DNA of 61,891 nucleotides, the filler included. It is 3 parts of 3 records of this genome, joined end to end, with 100 filler letters (N's around TTAATTAATTAA, not from the genome) between each part and the next. Parts side by side here need not be neighbours in the genome. Positions count along the whole stretch, not along the records: positions 1 to 31,069 come from SRR31156797_2156; 2 more parts are not named here. One strand, 5' to 3'. Below, in pieces: positions 10,293 through 20,577 of this stretch. Each line of letters begins with the position of its first letter. Position 1 is the first letter of the stretch. The notes under the pieces were generated by a model that had not been told where the DNA came from, did no database searches, and saw only the letters and a list, made by a program, of their open reading frames with translations. Position numbers and translations under genes: made by a program.

Positions 10293-10735
10293 GCCTTTCT
10301 GTTTTCTTTTTTGTCTTTCAGTCAAAATGACCACTCCTTCCTTTCGCCAGCGAACAATTTTGCTTATATAATGAGAGGCTTCGGTATTTTTGGTTGTTTT
10401 TCTACCCAAGGGAATTCATTTCATGTAAAATGAAAATTGATCGTTAATAAGTTTTCTTTAGCAGCACTCGCGTTCACAAGCAAGGTAAACCATTTCCTTT
10501 TTATCACTGTTGGAATTGGTGCATTGTTTGTTTTGTTCATTTTAAATGACAATAAATGCTAAACCGAAAGATTTTAAAAGGTTTTGATTGCAGATTACAA
10601 TGAATAGGTGCTTATTTTGATTCGCTGATCGAAAATGTATTTTGGGTCGTAAGGTCTGGGTTTTATTTTCTTTTTATATAAATGTCTTGCAAAATGAAAA
10701 TAAATTCTTGTCATATTGTTTTCAATATGTCACAT

Positions 10736-10846
10736 TTTGTTCAAAAGCGAAACGGAAAGAGGTGGTTTAGAAATTTTCAGCGTTTCGTTTTGAAATATGA
10801 CGCGTGGGAGGAACCCGGTCTTCCGGAAGCCTTTTTTCGGTTTCGG
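10736..10846. promoter_or_regulatory. Candidate GlpR operators upstream of glpD
   Basis: TGTTCAAAAGCGAAAC and repeated TTTCG/CGAAA half-sites resembling the E. coli GlpR consensus. Confidence 0.45.
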
Positions 10847-10907
10847 GTTCATATGTTCATTACAATTTTATCCGGCATTTCCGGTCGGTTTATAGAGTGG
10901 GTGTTGC

Positions 10908-12470
10908 ATGAAACGTTCAGATTATATTCAGCAGATGGAAGATAGCTCAAAAGTCTGGGATTTCATTATTATAGGTGGTGGTGCTACCGGTCTTGGTTCC
11001 GGTCTTGATGCTGCTGCCCGTGGTTATTCCGTTCTTCTTCTTGAGCAGGGCGATTTCGCCGAAGCTACTTCCAGCCGTAGTACCAAGATGGTTCACGGTG
11101 GTGTCAGATACCTTGCTCAGGGTAATATTTCTCTGGTTATGGAAGCTCTGTATGAGCGTGGAATTCTCAAGCAGAACGCTCCGCACATGTGCTACAATCA
11201 GAAATTCATCGTTCCCGACTATAAATGGTGGGGGCTTCCCTACTACGGAATTGGCCTGAAATGTTATGACATGCTGGCTAGAAAATACAGCTTCGGTCCT
11301 TCTCAGATCTTTACTAAAGGTAAAGTCATGCAGGAAGTTCCCGGGGTTCTCGCTAAAGGTCTCAAAGGTGGCGTAACCTACCATGACGGCCAGTTTGACG
11401 ATGCCCGTTTGGCTCTGACTCTTGCCCGTACCATGGCTGACATGGGCGGTTGTCCCATGAACCATACCAAGGTGACCGATCTCGTTAAGAATTCCACTGG
11501 TTACGTCTGCGGTGTTCAGGCTGAGGACAAGCTTACCGGCAAGACTTACGAGCTCAAGGCCAAAGCTGTTATCAATGCTACCGGTATTTTCACAGATGAC
11601 ATCATGAACATGGATAACGGTGAACACAAGAATCTCATCGCACCCAGCCAGGGTATTCATATCGTTATCGACCGTGAATTTCTTGGCGGTGAAACCGGTA
11701 TCATGGTTCCTAAGACAGATGATGGTCGCGTAATATTCTTCGTGCCCTGGCATGGCAAGGTTGTTGTCGGTACCACCGATACCGCTCTTGATGGTGTTTG
11801 CATGGAACCCAAGCCTCTTGAAGAGGAGATCAACTTCCTTGTTGAGCACTCTGCAAGATATCTTTCCAAACCGCCCACCCGCGCTGACGTACGCAGTGTT
11901 TTCACCGGTATCCGTCCTCTAATCGCAGCAGGTGATTCAGAATCCACCTCTGCACTTTCAAGGGATCACTACCTGACCGTGTCTCCCAATAAACTGCTGA
12001 CCATTGCCGGCGGTAAATGGACTACTTACAGGCATATGGCTGAAGACTGCATCGACAACGCAATCCAGATGGGGGGCCTGTCTTTCCGTCCTTGCGTGAC
12101 CAAGAATGTAAAGCTTCACGGTTACACAGAAGAGTTCGACCACAACGATCATATGCATGTTTATGGCAGTGAAGCTGCTGAGATTATGGCTCTGGCTGAA
12201 GAGTACCCCGAGCTTGATGCTCGCATGCATGAAAGATTGCCTTATTCCTGGCTTGAAGTTGTCTGGGCTGCTCGTCACGAATGGGCACAGACCGTTGGTG
12301 ATGCTCTGTCCCGCAGGACCAGAGCACTGATTATCGACGCTAAGGCTGCAAATGAAGTTGCGCCCAAAGCTGCTGAAATTATGGCTAAAGAGCTTGGTAA
12401 AGATGACGCTTGGGTAAAAGAGCAGGTTGAACAGTTTCAGGAACTGGCTAAGAACTACATTGTAGATTAA
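10908..12470 (+). CDS. glpD: FAD-dependent glycerol-3-phosphate dehydrogenase
   Basis: IGGGATG, TSSRSTKMVHGGVRYL, DGQFDD, GGKWTTYR. Confidence 0.95.
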   Translation: MKRSDYIQQMEDSSKVWDFIIIGGGATGLGSGLDAAARGYSVLLLEQGDFAEATSSRSTKMVHGGVRYLAQGNISLVMEALYERGILKQNAPHMCYNQKFIVPDYKWWGLPYYGIGLKCYDMLARKYSFGPSQIFTKGKVMQEVPGVLAKGLKGGVTYHDGQFDDARLALTLARTMADMGGCPMNHTKVTDLVKNSTGYVCGVQAEDKLTGKTYELKAKAVINATGIFTDDIMNMDNGEHKNLIAPSQGIHIVIDREFLGGETGIMVPKTDDGRVIFFVPWHGKVVVGTTDTALDGVCMEPKPLEEEINFLVEHSARYLSKPPTRADVRSVFTGIRPLIAAGDSESTSALSRDHYLTVSPNKLLTIAGGKWTTYRHMAEDCIDNAIQMGGLSFRPCVTKNVKLHGYTEEFDHNDHMHVYGSEAAEIMALAEEYPELDARMHERLPYSWLEVVWAARHEWAQTVGDALSRRTRALIIDAKAANEVAPKAAEIMAKELGKDDAWVKEQVEQFQELAKNYIVD

Positions 12471-12495
12471 TATATAATAGATTGCGATTTTCCCG

Positions 12496-12668
12496 GTCCG
12501 GGTGTTGATGCATCCCTACTGCATCAACACCCATTCGGACAATTGCATGAACATATTTCGCACTGTTTTCAGTGTACCATATTCTCCAAAGAACGACGGG
12601 GGGCTTCCCTACCTCCGTCACCACTTCCCTTTGCCGTCGGTCGCCTGGGCCGACGGCTTCTTTTTTTT
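12496..12668 (+). ncRNA. Candidate structured sRNA or 3'UTR with UCCCU loops, ending in a terminator
   Basis: Hairpins at 12496-12540 (loop TCCCTAC) and 12595-12619 (loop GCTTCCCTA), linker CTTCCCTT, terminator 12633-12668. Confidence 0.4.
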
Positions 12669-12800
12669 CAATTTAGTGCAAAAAAATAGTGTGTCCGTGT
12701 TGGAAATCGAGTATATTCCATTTCAATTTCTTTACACAGATGTTCATTTGGCATGCATAAATGTCTACATGGAGCCGTTTGTGTTAACGGAGGCGTGACG

Positions 12801-13093
12801 TTTTCGTTTCAGGTAAAAGGGGCGGAGACGTTGTTATGTGTCATAAAACCCGCACTGCTGATGGGGAAGGAGGATTTGAAAGAGAAAGAATATTTCGAAA
12901 CGAAGTGTTGCAACTGTTTAATATCAAACTATTTTTACTAAACCGAAAGCTTAAAGTGAAAGTTTCTTTTCGATTTTGAACATTATGGGGTTGATTTTTT
13001 GTTTGTTACAAAATAGTGTTAGCTCATAGGAAATGGAAAAAGCGTGAGATACATTCGAGCGCGAGGTGGTATTCGTTTCCGAAAAGAAACGAA
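12801..13093. promoter_or_regulatory. Candidate GlpR operators upstream of glpFK
   Basis: TTTTCGTTT, TTTCGAAACGAA, AACCGAAA, TTTCGATTTTGAACAT, TTCGTTTCCGAAAAGAAACGAA. Confidence 0.45.
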
Positions 13094-13131
13094 TTTGTGT
13101 TTTAACTGCTTTAAGAGATGTGGGAGTGATT

Positions 13132-13839
13132 ATGAGTCCTTTCTTAGGCGAAGTAATTGGTACTTTGATTCTTACCCTTTTCGGTTGCGGCGTAGTTGCC
13201 AACGTCCTTCTTGAAAAATCCAAAGGTCAGAACGGTGGTTGGATTGTTATCACCATGGGTTGGGGTTTCGCAGTTGCATTTGCAATCTACGTAGCCGGTA
13301 AATACTCCGGTGCACACATCAACCCTGCTGTCACCATCGGTCTTGCTGCTGGCGGATATTTCCCTTGGGCAAGTGTTCCTGTTTACATTGCAGGCCAGAT
13401 GCTCGGCGCATTCCTCGGTGCTGTAATCTGCTACTTTACCTACAAATGCCATTGGGAACCCACTACAGATGCAGGCCTGAAACTGGCTGTATTCTCCACT
13501 GGCCCCGCTATTCGCTGCACTGGCGAAAACTTTCTCTGCGAATTTATCGGTACCTTCTTTCTGGTATTCATCATCCTCGGTATTGGTGCCAACGAATTCA
13601 CTCAGGGTCTTAACCCCCTCGTTGTAGGTTTCTTTATCATGGCTATCGGCCTCTCCCTTGGTGGCCCCACCGGTTACGCTATCAACCCTGCTCGTGACCT
13701 CGGTCCCCGTATTGCTCACGCCATCCTGCCCATTCCCGGCAAAGGCGACAGCGACTGGGGATACTCCTGGATTCCTGTTGTAGCACCTATCTGCGGTGGT
13801 GTTGCAGGCGCCCTGGTTTACAAAGCTCTTGTTGGCTAA
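13132..13839 (+). CDS. glpF: Glycerol uptake facilitator (MIP family)
   Basis: HINPAVT and AINPARD NPA motifs; GGGAG RBS before ATG 13132. Confidence 0.95.
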   Translation: MSPFLGEVIGTLILTLFGCGVVANVLLEKSKGQNGGWIVITMGWGFAVAFAIYVAGKYSGAHINPAVTIGLAAGGYFPWASVPVYIAGQMLGAFLGAVICYFTYKCHWEPTTDAGLKLAVFSTGPAIRCTGENFLCEFIGTFFLVFIILGIGANEFTQGLNPLVVGFFIMAIGLSLGGPTGYAINPARDLGPRIAHAILPIPGKGDSDWGYSWIPVVAPICGGVAGALVYKALVG

Positions 13840-13873
13840 TTGTCACGATTGATAGATAAAACTTAAATGATAA

Positions 13874-15412
<1,539 letters not shown>

Positions 15413-15454
15413 TAGAACATACGCAGCTTAATCGCTGTATCTCACTGTATATAA

Positions 15455-15493
15455 GAAGGGGCACCGTTTGCGCGGTGCCCCTTCTGCTTTTTG
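15455..15493. terminator. Terminator after glpK
   Basis: AGAAGGGGCACCG-tttgcg-CGGTGCCCCTTCT hairpin. Confidence 0.75.
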
Positions 15494-15513
15494 ATAAAGT
15501 AGTTTGTTGCTGC

Positions 15514-17406
15514 TTATTTGAGGGGAAGCTTGATGGTGAACTTCGTCCATTCACCGGGAACAGAATTAACTTCCATGGTTCCGCTATGCTGGTCGGAAAT
15601 AATAAAATAGGAAACTGAGAGCCCTAAACCTGTGCCTTTGCCTATTCCCTTGGTGGTGAAAAATGGGTCGAATATTCTGTGCATCGGTTCTGTATGGATA
15701 CCCGGACCGTTATCTTCTATTTCAGCGACTGCCATGCCGTCTTCGGTCTTTATGCGGCAAATGAATTTCGGGCGGTCCTGTACATAATTTTTTTCGATCA
15801 TAGCTTCCGCACCGTTTTTGAGCAGATTCAGGAAAACCTGCTGTATTTCGTTGCCATCGCAATATACCGCAGGCGTGTTTTCTTCGTACTGGCGGATAAT
15901 GTGTATTTTTCTGAAGTCATAATGTTTTTTCAAGTTGTAATCGTTGGCTACTAGCTCAATGGTCTTATCCAGCAGCTCTGCTAATTGATAGCGTCTGTTT
16001 ATTTTGTCGCTTTTGCGGCTGAAGCTGAGCATGTTGGAGACAATTTTTGCTGCACGGCTTCCCGATTCCATAATCCCATTTATCATTTTGGGGATTTGGC
16101 GTTTGTCCATGTACTGGCGTAAATTTACAAGCGAGATGTCGCATTCAGCGGCTGCGGACTTATTTTTTTCCATATCGCTGAACAAACGTTTTTCTATGTT
16201 TTGGGTATGCCCGAGAATTCCGGCAAGCGGGTTGTTGATCTCGTGAGCCATTCCAGCTGCCAGCCCACCTACAGACATCATTTTTTCGGATTGGATCATC
16301 ATTTGCTCCAGATTCATCCGTTCGGTCACATCGTCAATGCGGATTACTGCACCTTCAACTCCGTTTGCTATTAACGGATAAATGGTGATGTCGTCGTAGC
16401 GGGTAATTCCTTTGTCGGTTTTAGTCTGCACGGAGTCAGTCTCGATTACCCGGTTTTTCATTGCTGTAAGAATTCTTTCCAGTTCGTTTTGCATATCAGG
16501 CAGTGCTTGGGCCAAGGGCAGGCCTACGGCTTCATTGGAACTGATGCTGCTTATTTTTTCAGCTTCCATGTTCCAATGGGTAATTTTCCCTTCCGGGTCT
16601 ACTCCAACAAGGATTGATGGCATGGAGTTGATGATATTGGCCAGATAGTTTTTGGTTTTGCCTAATTCCTCTTCGGCTTTGCTGCGCGCCCGTTCATATC
16701 GACTGATGGTGTTGAAGACGATGATTATGGATAAAATTCCAGCTACCCAGATAGTGATGAATGAGTTATTTGTTTCAGCAACGAATGCCTTCATGGTTTG
16801 CTGATATCCTGACATAGGCACTGTCACACTGACTCCGCCTCTAATTTCCCCTTTCTTGTAGCCCTGCTGAGCATGGCATTTGAGACAGATCTCTTCTGTT
16901 ACCATAGGACGCATGAAATGAAGGACCGGCTTTCCGTTCTCAGTTGCCAGTGCGTGAAAATCAACAGGGCTGGCCTTGAATGATTTTAAGACAGTGGCTT
17001 CCCATTCAGACGGTCCGTTGTCGGGTCGTATGGGATTGAGGCTGGTTATGTGCCCGTGCAATCCTGCCTCTTTATTCATCATCCCGTATAACATGCGCAT
17101 CATAAAAGCAGGGTTTATCATGGTCATTTCTTTGCCTTCGGTCGTGGTGACGTCGCGCTGAGGAACATGAAGGTATTTGTTGGGCTGGAGTTTTGAAGAT
17201 ACTTCGGCGTAAAGACCACCCAGTTCTGCCACCCAGCGGCGGTAGGTCAGGTCTTTTTCAAAGGCCACTTCCGCTTCTCTCAGAGCAGATCTGTATATGT
17301 TATCTTTTTCAGCCTGAACGATTCTGTTGTAGAAGAAAAATATTGATCCAGTCCAAACCAGAGCCAAAATCAGGCCTAAAAGAAGCAATTTGTAATAATA
17401 TTTCAA
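15514..17406 (-). CDS. Sensor histidine kinase with periplasmic c-type heme (DUF3365/Tll0287-like) and PAS domains
   Basis: CLKCH heme motif between two TM segments; AHEINNPL H-box; DNGPG, GTGLGL. Confidence 0.88.
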   Translation of the reverse strand: MKYYYKLLLLGLILALVWTGSIFFFYNRIVQAEKDNIYRSALREAEVAFEKDLTYRRWVAELGGLYAEVSSKLQPNKYLHVPQRDVTTTEGKEMTMINPAFMMRMLYGMMNKEAGLHGHITSLNPIRPDNGPSEWEATVLKSFKASPVDFHALATENGKPVLHFMRPMVTEEICLKCHAQQGYKKGEIRGGVSVTVPMSGYQQTMKAFVAETNNSFITIWVAGILSIIIVFNTISRYERARSKAEEELGKTKNYLANIINSMPSILVGVDPEGKITHWNMEAEKISSISSNEAVGLPLAQALPDMQNELERILTAMKNRVIETDSVQTKTDKGITRYDDITIYPLIANGVEGAVIRIDDVTERMNLEQMMIQSEKMMSVGGLAAGMAHEINNPLAGILGHTQNIEKRLFSDMEKNKSAAAECDISLVNLRQYMDKRQIPKMINGIMESGSRAAKIVSNMLSFSRKSDKINRRYQLAELLDKTIELVANDYNLKKHYDFRKIHIIRQYEENTPAVYCDGNEIQQVFLNLLKNGAEAMIEKNYVQDRPKFICRIKTEDGMAVAEIEDNGPGIHTEPMHRIFDPFFTTKGIGKGTGLGLSVSYFIISDQHSGTMEVNSVPGEWTKFTIKLPLK

Positions 17407-17528
17407 TGCTTCTTCCCTTTGCTAGGGTTATAATTATGACCATCATAACAAATAGCGGGGAAGGCTTCCATAGTGATCTAAAAATAAATTGATGTCTCCG
17501 AGTGCTTGAAATTGGTAGTAGACATGAA

Positions 17529-19199
17529 TTATTCCACATCAAGACGTTTTATCTGGTGCGTGGTATTAAAGAATTCAATAGGTTTGATTCCGTCATTTTC
17601 AACTACTCCTTCAGTTTTTGAATACACGTAGAGTTTGATCGGGGTTGAAAGTATGCCGGTTAATTTCTTTTCTATCTTTTTAATTTCCTTACTCTGAACA
17701 AGTCTTGAGCCGGTAACGTCTGCCATGATTTTCCAGCCTTTTTTCATTTGCTGGGCCTCAACATGGATGGGGAATATGTTTCTAATCTCGCCAATAAACT
17801 TTGCGGTTTGCTGCTCAACCTTTTTAGCCTGCGGGGATTCTTTACCTGAATAGTGTACTCCGAAAAGATTCCTGCCGTTGCGGGTTATATCATAGCTTTT
17901 GTAGTAGCGGATGATTAGGGACAGATTGCTGACTCCGGTGTTTTTGCGTAGGACATTCTCCAATTTTTCAACTGATTCCGGCATGGGCCGTTCCGGGCCG
18001 CTGATCTCGATGATCAGGCCCGGTCCACTTCTGAGTTTTGCGTAGTTGATTCCTGAAAGAGTGTACCATGGGAATTCTGATATAATACTGCGGAGCAAAA
18101 GTTCGGCCTGCTCTAGAATCATGGCGCTTTGTTCCAGTTTGATATGTTGTTTCTTGGCATGAGCGTTGAGCAGGGCACTTGTTGATTGCGGTGAGGATGA
18201 AATGCTTTGGGTGATGCTGGTGCGGACAATGATTTTTACAGGTTTATGCAAAGTTTTGGATGCATTCTCTTCCATTTTTTTTATGGCATTGGCCTTGAGT
18301 GAAGTTGGACCGTTGAGCGTAATAAAGCCGTTAACAGCACCTTCGTCGATCTCGTGGCTAATCTTATCAATGGTTGTGTTGGGGATTGAAGTAATGGCTT
18401 GAGTTGCCACGGTTCGCAAACTGTTGTCGATCTGACGGGAGAGGGCAACTTCCACAAGGGATTTAGTCAGAAAGGCCGCAACAATGATCAGCCCCACAGT
18501 GCTGATGGAAAAGTGTTTTATCAGTCGCGGCAAGGGTTCATCTTCAGAGTGGGGGATAAATCCGGTAATAATGAAAAGTCCGCTGGCAACTGAAAGGATA
18601 ACCAGAAAGTTGGCAAAGAAGAGCAGGAAAGCCCCCCATCCATCCGAGTATTGATGCAGTGCGATACAAAGACCGCTGGCACATAGCGGCGGGACAAGAG
18701 AGGTGGCTATGGCGATTCCGGGCATGACCGGGCTGACCCGTTCATCAATGAGGGCCACTGTTCCGGCAATTCCGGCAAATGCGGCAACTCCAAGATCAAG
18801 CAAATTCGGTTTTGTCCTTGATATTACTTCATGGGTAAGCTCAAAGAAGATAGGGAGGCTGCCGATAAGTATGCCGCCCAGTATTCCGATTAGAATTCCG
18901 GCAGTTACCGAGAAGACTGAATCGCGGATGAGACTCATTTCTCCACGTACCAGTCCAAGTGAAAGTCCGAAGATCGGGGTCATTAACGGTGAAACGAGCA
19001 TCGCTCCGATAACTACGGCGGGGCTGTCGGCTGTCAGGCCGATGGAGCCGATGATGACAGCTACACCCATGAGCAGATAGTACATGCCGCTTGGGACTGA
19101 ATTGCGGGTAATATCGGCAAGAAGAAATTCACGGCGTACATCGCTGACAAATAGCAACGGCGGTTTAGTTGCATTTTTATGTCTGAATATCAGCCCCAT
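17529..19199 (-). CDS. DUF389/TIGR00341-family membrane protein with long C-terminal extension
   Basis: SPAVVIGAMLVSPLMTPI, GIAIATSLVPPL. Confidence 0.85.
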   Translation of the reverse strand: MGLIFRHKNATKPPLLFVSDVRREFLLADITRNSVPSGMYYLLMGVAVIIGSIGLTADSPAVVIGAMLVSPLMTPIFGLSLGLVRGEMSLIRDSVFSVTAGILIGILGGILIGSLPIFFELTHEVISRTKPNLLDLGVAAFAGIAGTVALIDERVSPVMPGIAIATSLVPPLCASGLCIALHQYSDGWGAFLLFFANFLVILSVASGLFIITGFIPHSEDEPLPRLIKHFSISTVGLIIVAAFLTKSLVEVALSRQIDNSLRTVATQAITSIPNTTIDKISHEIDEGAVNGFITLNGPTSLKANAIKKMEENASKTLHKPVKIIVRTSITQSISSSPQSTSALLNAHAKKQHIKLEQSAMILEQAELLLRSIISEFPWYTLSGINYAKLRSGPGLIIEISGPERPMPESVEKLENVLRKNTGVSNLSLIIRYYKSYDITRNGRNLFGVHYSGKESPQAKKVEQQTAKFIGEIRNIFPIHVEAQQMKKGWKIMADVTGSRLVQSKEIKKIEKKLTGILSTPIKLYVYSKTEGVVENDGIKPIEFFNTTHQIKRLDVE

Positions 19200-19431
19200 A
19201 CGTCCTCCGAGTGTCCGTTTCAGTGTTTGAGTATAATATGAAAAATACGACTAAGCAGAGGATGGGTCAACAGGGTTTGAAATTAATTGGTTCAGACAAG
19301 CTGTTTGCGGTCTTACGGAGCCTGTTCCTGTTTATGCAGGGACAGGCTTTTTTATTTATCATTCTTGGCGTTCAGTGCCCTTTCAGGTTATACTCTAGTA
19401 AGCCTTTGTGGTCTTAATGCAGGAGGAGTGA

Positions 19432-20577
19432 ATGTTGAGAGTTTGTTTTCAGTTCGGCAAAAAGGGCGCTTTTTTGTGGTTGTTGTTCATTTGTCTGTTC
19501 TTGAGTGCATGTTCTGATGATCCCATACGTCTTGGTTTTTCAGGAACCCTCAAGGGTAAATATTCAGATCTCGGCGTGCAGGGGCGCAACGGAGCTTTAC
19601 TGGCCGTAGAGGATATCAATGAAGCTGACGGTATTGATGGCCGCATGATTGAGTTTATTGTCCGTGATGACCAGAACACTCCTGAAGGGTCCGTTAAGGC
19701 AGACACGGAACTTGTTGCCGAAGGAGTTTCCGCTATTATCGGTCACATGACCAGTTCACAATCTATGGCGGCTCTTCGTAATATGAAGGATAGCGGGATC
19801 ATTTATATTGCTCCAACCACCTCAACTCCTCTGTTGCAGGGGATTAAGGATAATTTTTTCAGAGTAATTCCGACTCTCACAGATCTATCAAAAGCACTCG
19901 CAGAATACTCTGTGGATAAGCTTGGAAAAAAGAAACTGGCTGTAGTCTGGGATACTTCAAATCAGGCATTTTCCGGTTCATATAAAAATGTTTTTGTTGA
20001 AACATTTGTAGAAAAGGGCGGTAAGCTTGTTGGGGAGGTAAGTATTGGTAAGCAGAAAAGTTCCATAGACTGGCAGCAAATTGTAGATGAGTTGAAGAGT
20101 ATGAATCCTGATGCAGTGATTATGGTTACCTCGGCGCGTGATCTAGCTGTGTTTGCTCAGTTCTGTACCCTGAACAAAACGGACTGGACAATTCTGAGCA
20201 GTATGTGGGGATATACGAAAGAGTTGATCCAGACCGGCGGCAAGAGCGTAGAAGGAATACTTTTTGTGGTTCATTTTGCTGAGGATGATCCGGAAGAACT
20301 TTACGTGGATTTTAGAAATAGGTTTATTAGCCGTTTTGGCTGGCCTCCCAATTTTGCAGCTGTCTTCGGCTATCAGGCAGTGCAGGTTTTCGCGGAGGCA
20401 GTGAAGAGAAATGGAGGTCATACAAAAGGACTGGCTACCGTAATCCCCGGAATTAGTTTTGATGATAGTTTAATCGGACCGTTTGAAATTGATGAGTTCG
20501 GGGATGTAAAGCGTAACGGACATATTGTGATGGTTAAAGATGGTCATTTTGTCACAGTGTCAAAGAGAGAGAAATGA
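19432..20577 (+). CDS. Type-1 periplasmic-binding lipoprotein (LivJ-like), coupled to the downstream kinase
   Basis: Lipobox LSAC, GALLAVEDIN, AIIGHMTSS; stop overlaps next start (ATGA). Confidence 0.85.
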   Translation: MLRVCFQFGKKGAFLWLLFICLFLSACSDDPIRLGFSGTLKGKYSDLGVQGRNGALLAVEDINEADGIDGRMIEFIVRDDQNTPEGSVKADTELVAEGVSAIIGHMTSSQSMAALRNMKDSGIIYIAPTTSTPLLQGIKDNFFRVIPTLTDLSKALAEYSVDKLGKKKLAVVWDTSNQAFSGSYKNVFVETFVEKGGKLVGEVSIGKQKSSIDWQQIVDELKSMNPDAVIMVTSARDLAVFAQFCTLNKTDWTILSSMWGYTKELIQTGGKSVEGILFVVHFAEDDPEELYVDFRNRFISRFGWPPNFAAVFGYQAVQVFAEAVKRNGGHTKGLATVIPGISFDDSLIGPFEIDEFGDVKRNGHIVMVKDGHFVTVSKREK

